Assembly: GCA_945869265.1 (NCBI GenBank)
Contig: CAMBOI010000007.1
Span: 6,985-70,984, forward strand
Source: an uncultured Prevotella sp.
GTDB taxonomy: Bacteria > Bacteroidota > Bacteroidia > Bacteroidales > Bacteroidaceae
DNA: 64,000 nt
Direction of reading: 5' to 3'
Position 1 is the stretch's first letter, and each line of letters starts with the position of its first letter. Shown piece by piece: positions 63,940 through 64,000 of this stretch. Below the pieces are notes generated by a model. It worked only from the letters and a program-made list of their open reading frames with translations, did no database searches and was not told where the DNA came from. Position numbers and translations under genes: made by a program.

Positions 63940-64000
63940 GTTTGATACCTGTCATGGAGGTCATTCCTCTCGGTTTTTACAAAAAATGGTGCATTATTCC

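Noticed and set aside
1-64000. Searched for tRNA/rRNA genes, CRISPR arrays, integrase or complete transposase genes, and known defence-system signatures.
   Set aside because: No T-loop/acceptor-like sequences, rRNA-like blocks or repeat-spacer arrays were seen. The only mobile-element trace is the IS3 fragment. The AAA/PD-(D/E)XK relic and the terminal AAA ATPase are common Bacteroidales singletons, not recognisable defence operons.

Overview
This is a 64-kb chromosomal segment of a Bacteroidota genome, by inference Prevotella/Segatella-like. The evidence for that is TAnnTTTG -7 promoter boxes in front of most genes, T9SS-type C-terminal sorting tails, many lipoprotein signal peptides and no Shine-Dalgarno sites. 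I saw no rRNA, tRNA, CRISPR array or intact mobile element. Bases 1-20.9 kb are mostly housekeeping: priA, comM, sufE, a U32 Fe-S-type protein, ddl, rluD, waaA, gltX, a 7TM-HD hydrolase and a FadL-like channel. Bases 21-64 kb are accessory and rich in regulators. (i) A membrane-anchored AraC regulator sits next to two T9SS cargo genes (a GLUG-type surface protein and a C10 streptopain-like protease), and both promoters carry the same phased direct-repeat operator. (ii) queD-queE lie next to an ABC-ATPase gene stump, followed by an SPFH/NfeD pair and a porin. (iii) Two tandem copies of a divergent module, each a 4-TM LytTR regulator plus a TonB-dependent-like OM barrel, carry a candidate operator (TTCGTCACAT-type repeats). 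That operator recurs in a 74-bp promoter cassette in front of two stress/detox-type operons. (iv) A 3.4-kb segment with different codon usage (IS3 remnant, DUF1593, GH43) is bracketed by 38-bp perfect direct repeats. (v) A lipoprotein serpin and a TonB-dependent receptor follow. (vi) A five-gene ATP-grasp/alpha-E/transglutaminase operon is extended by one intact and one degenerate AstE/AspA-type deacylase; this is the best candidate here for an uncharacterised biochemical system. All family names come from motif recognition by eye, not from database searches.
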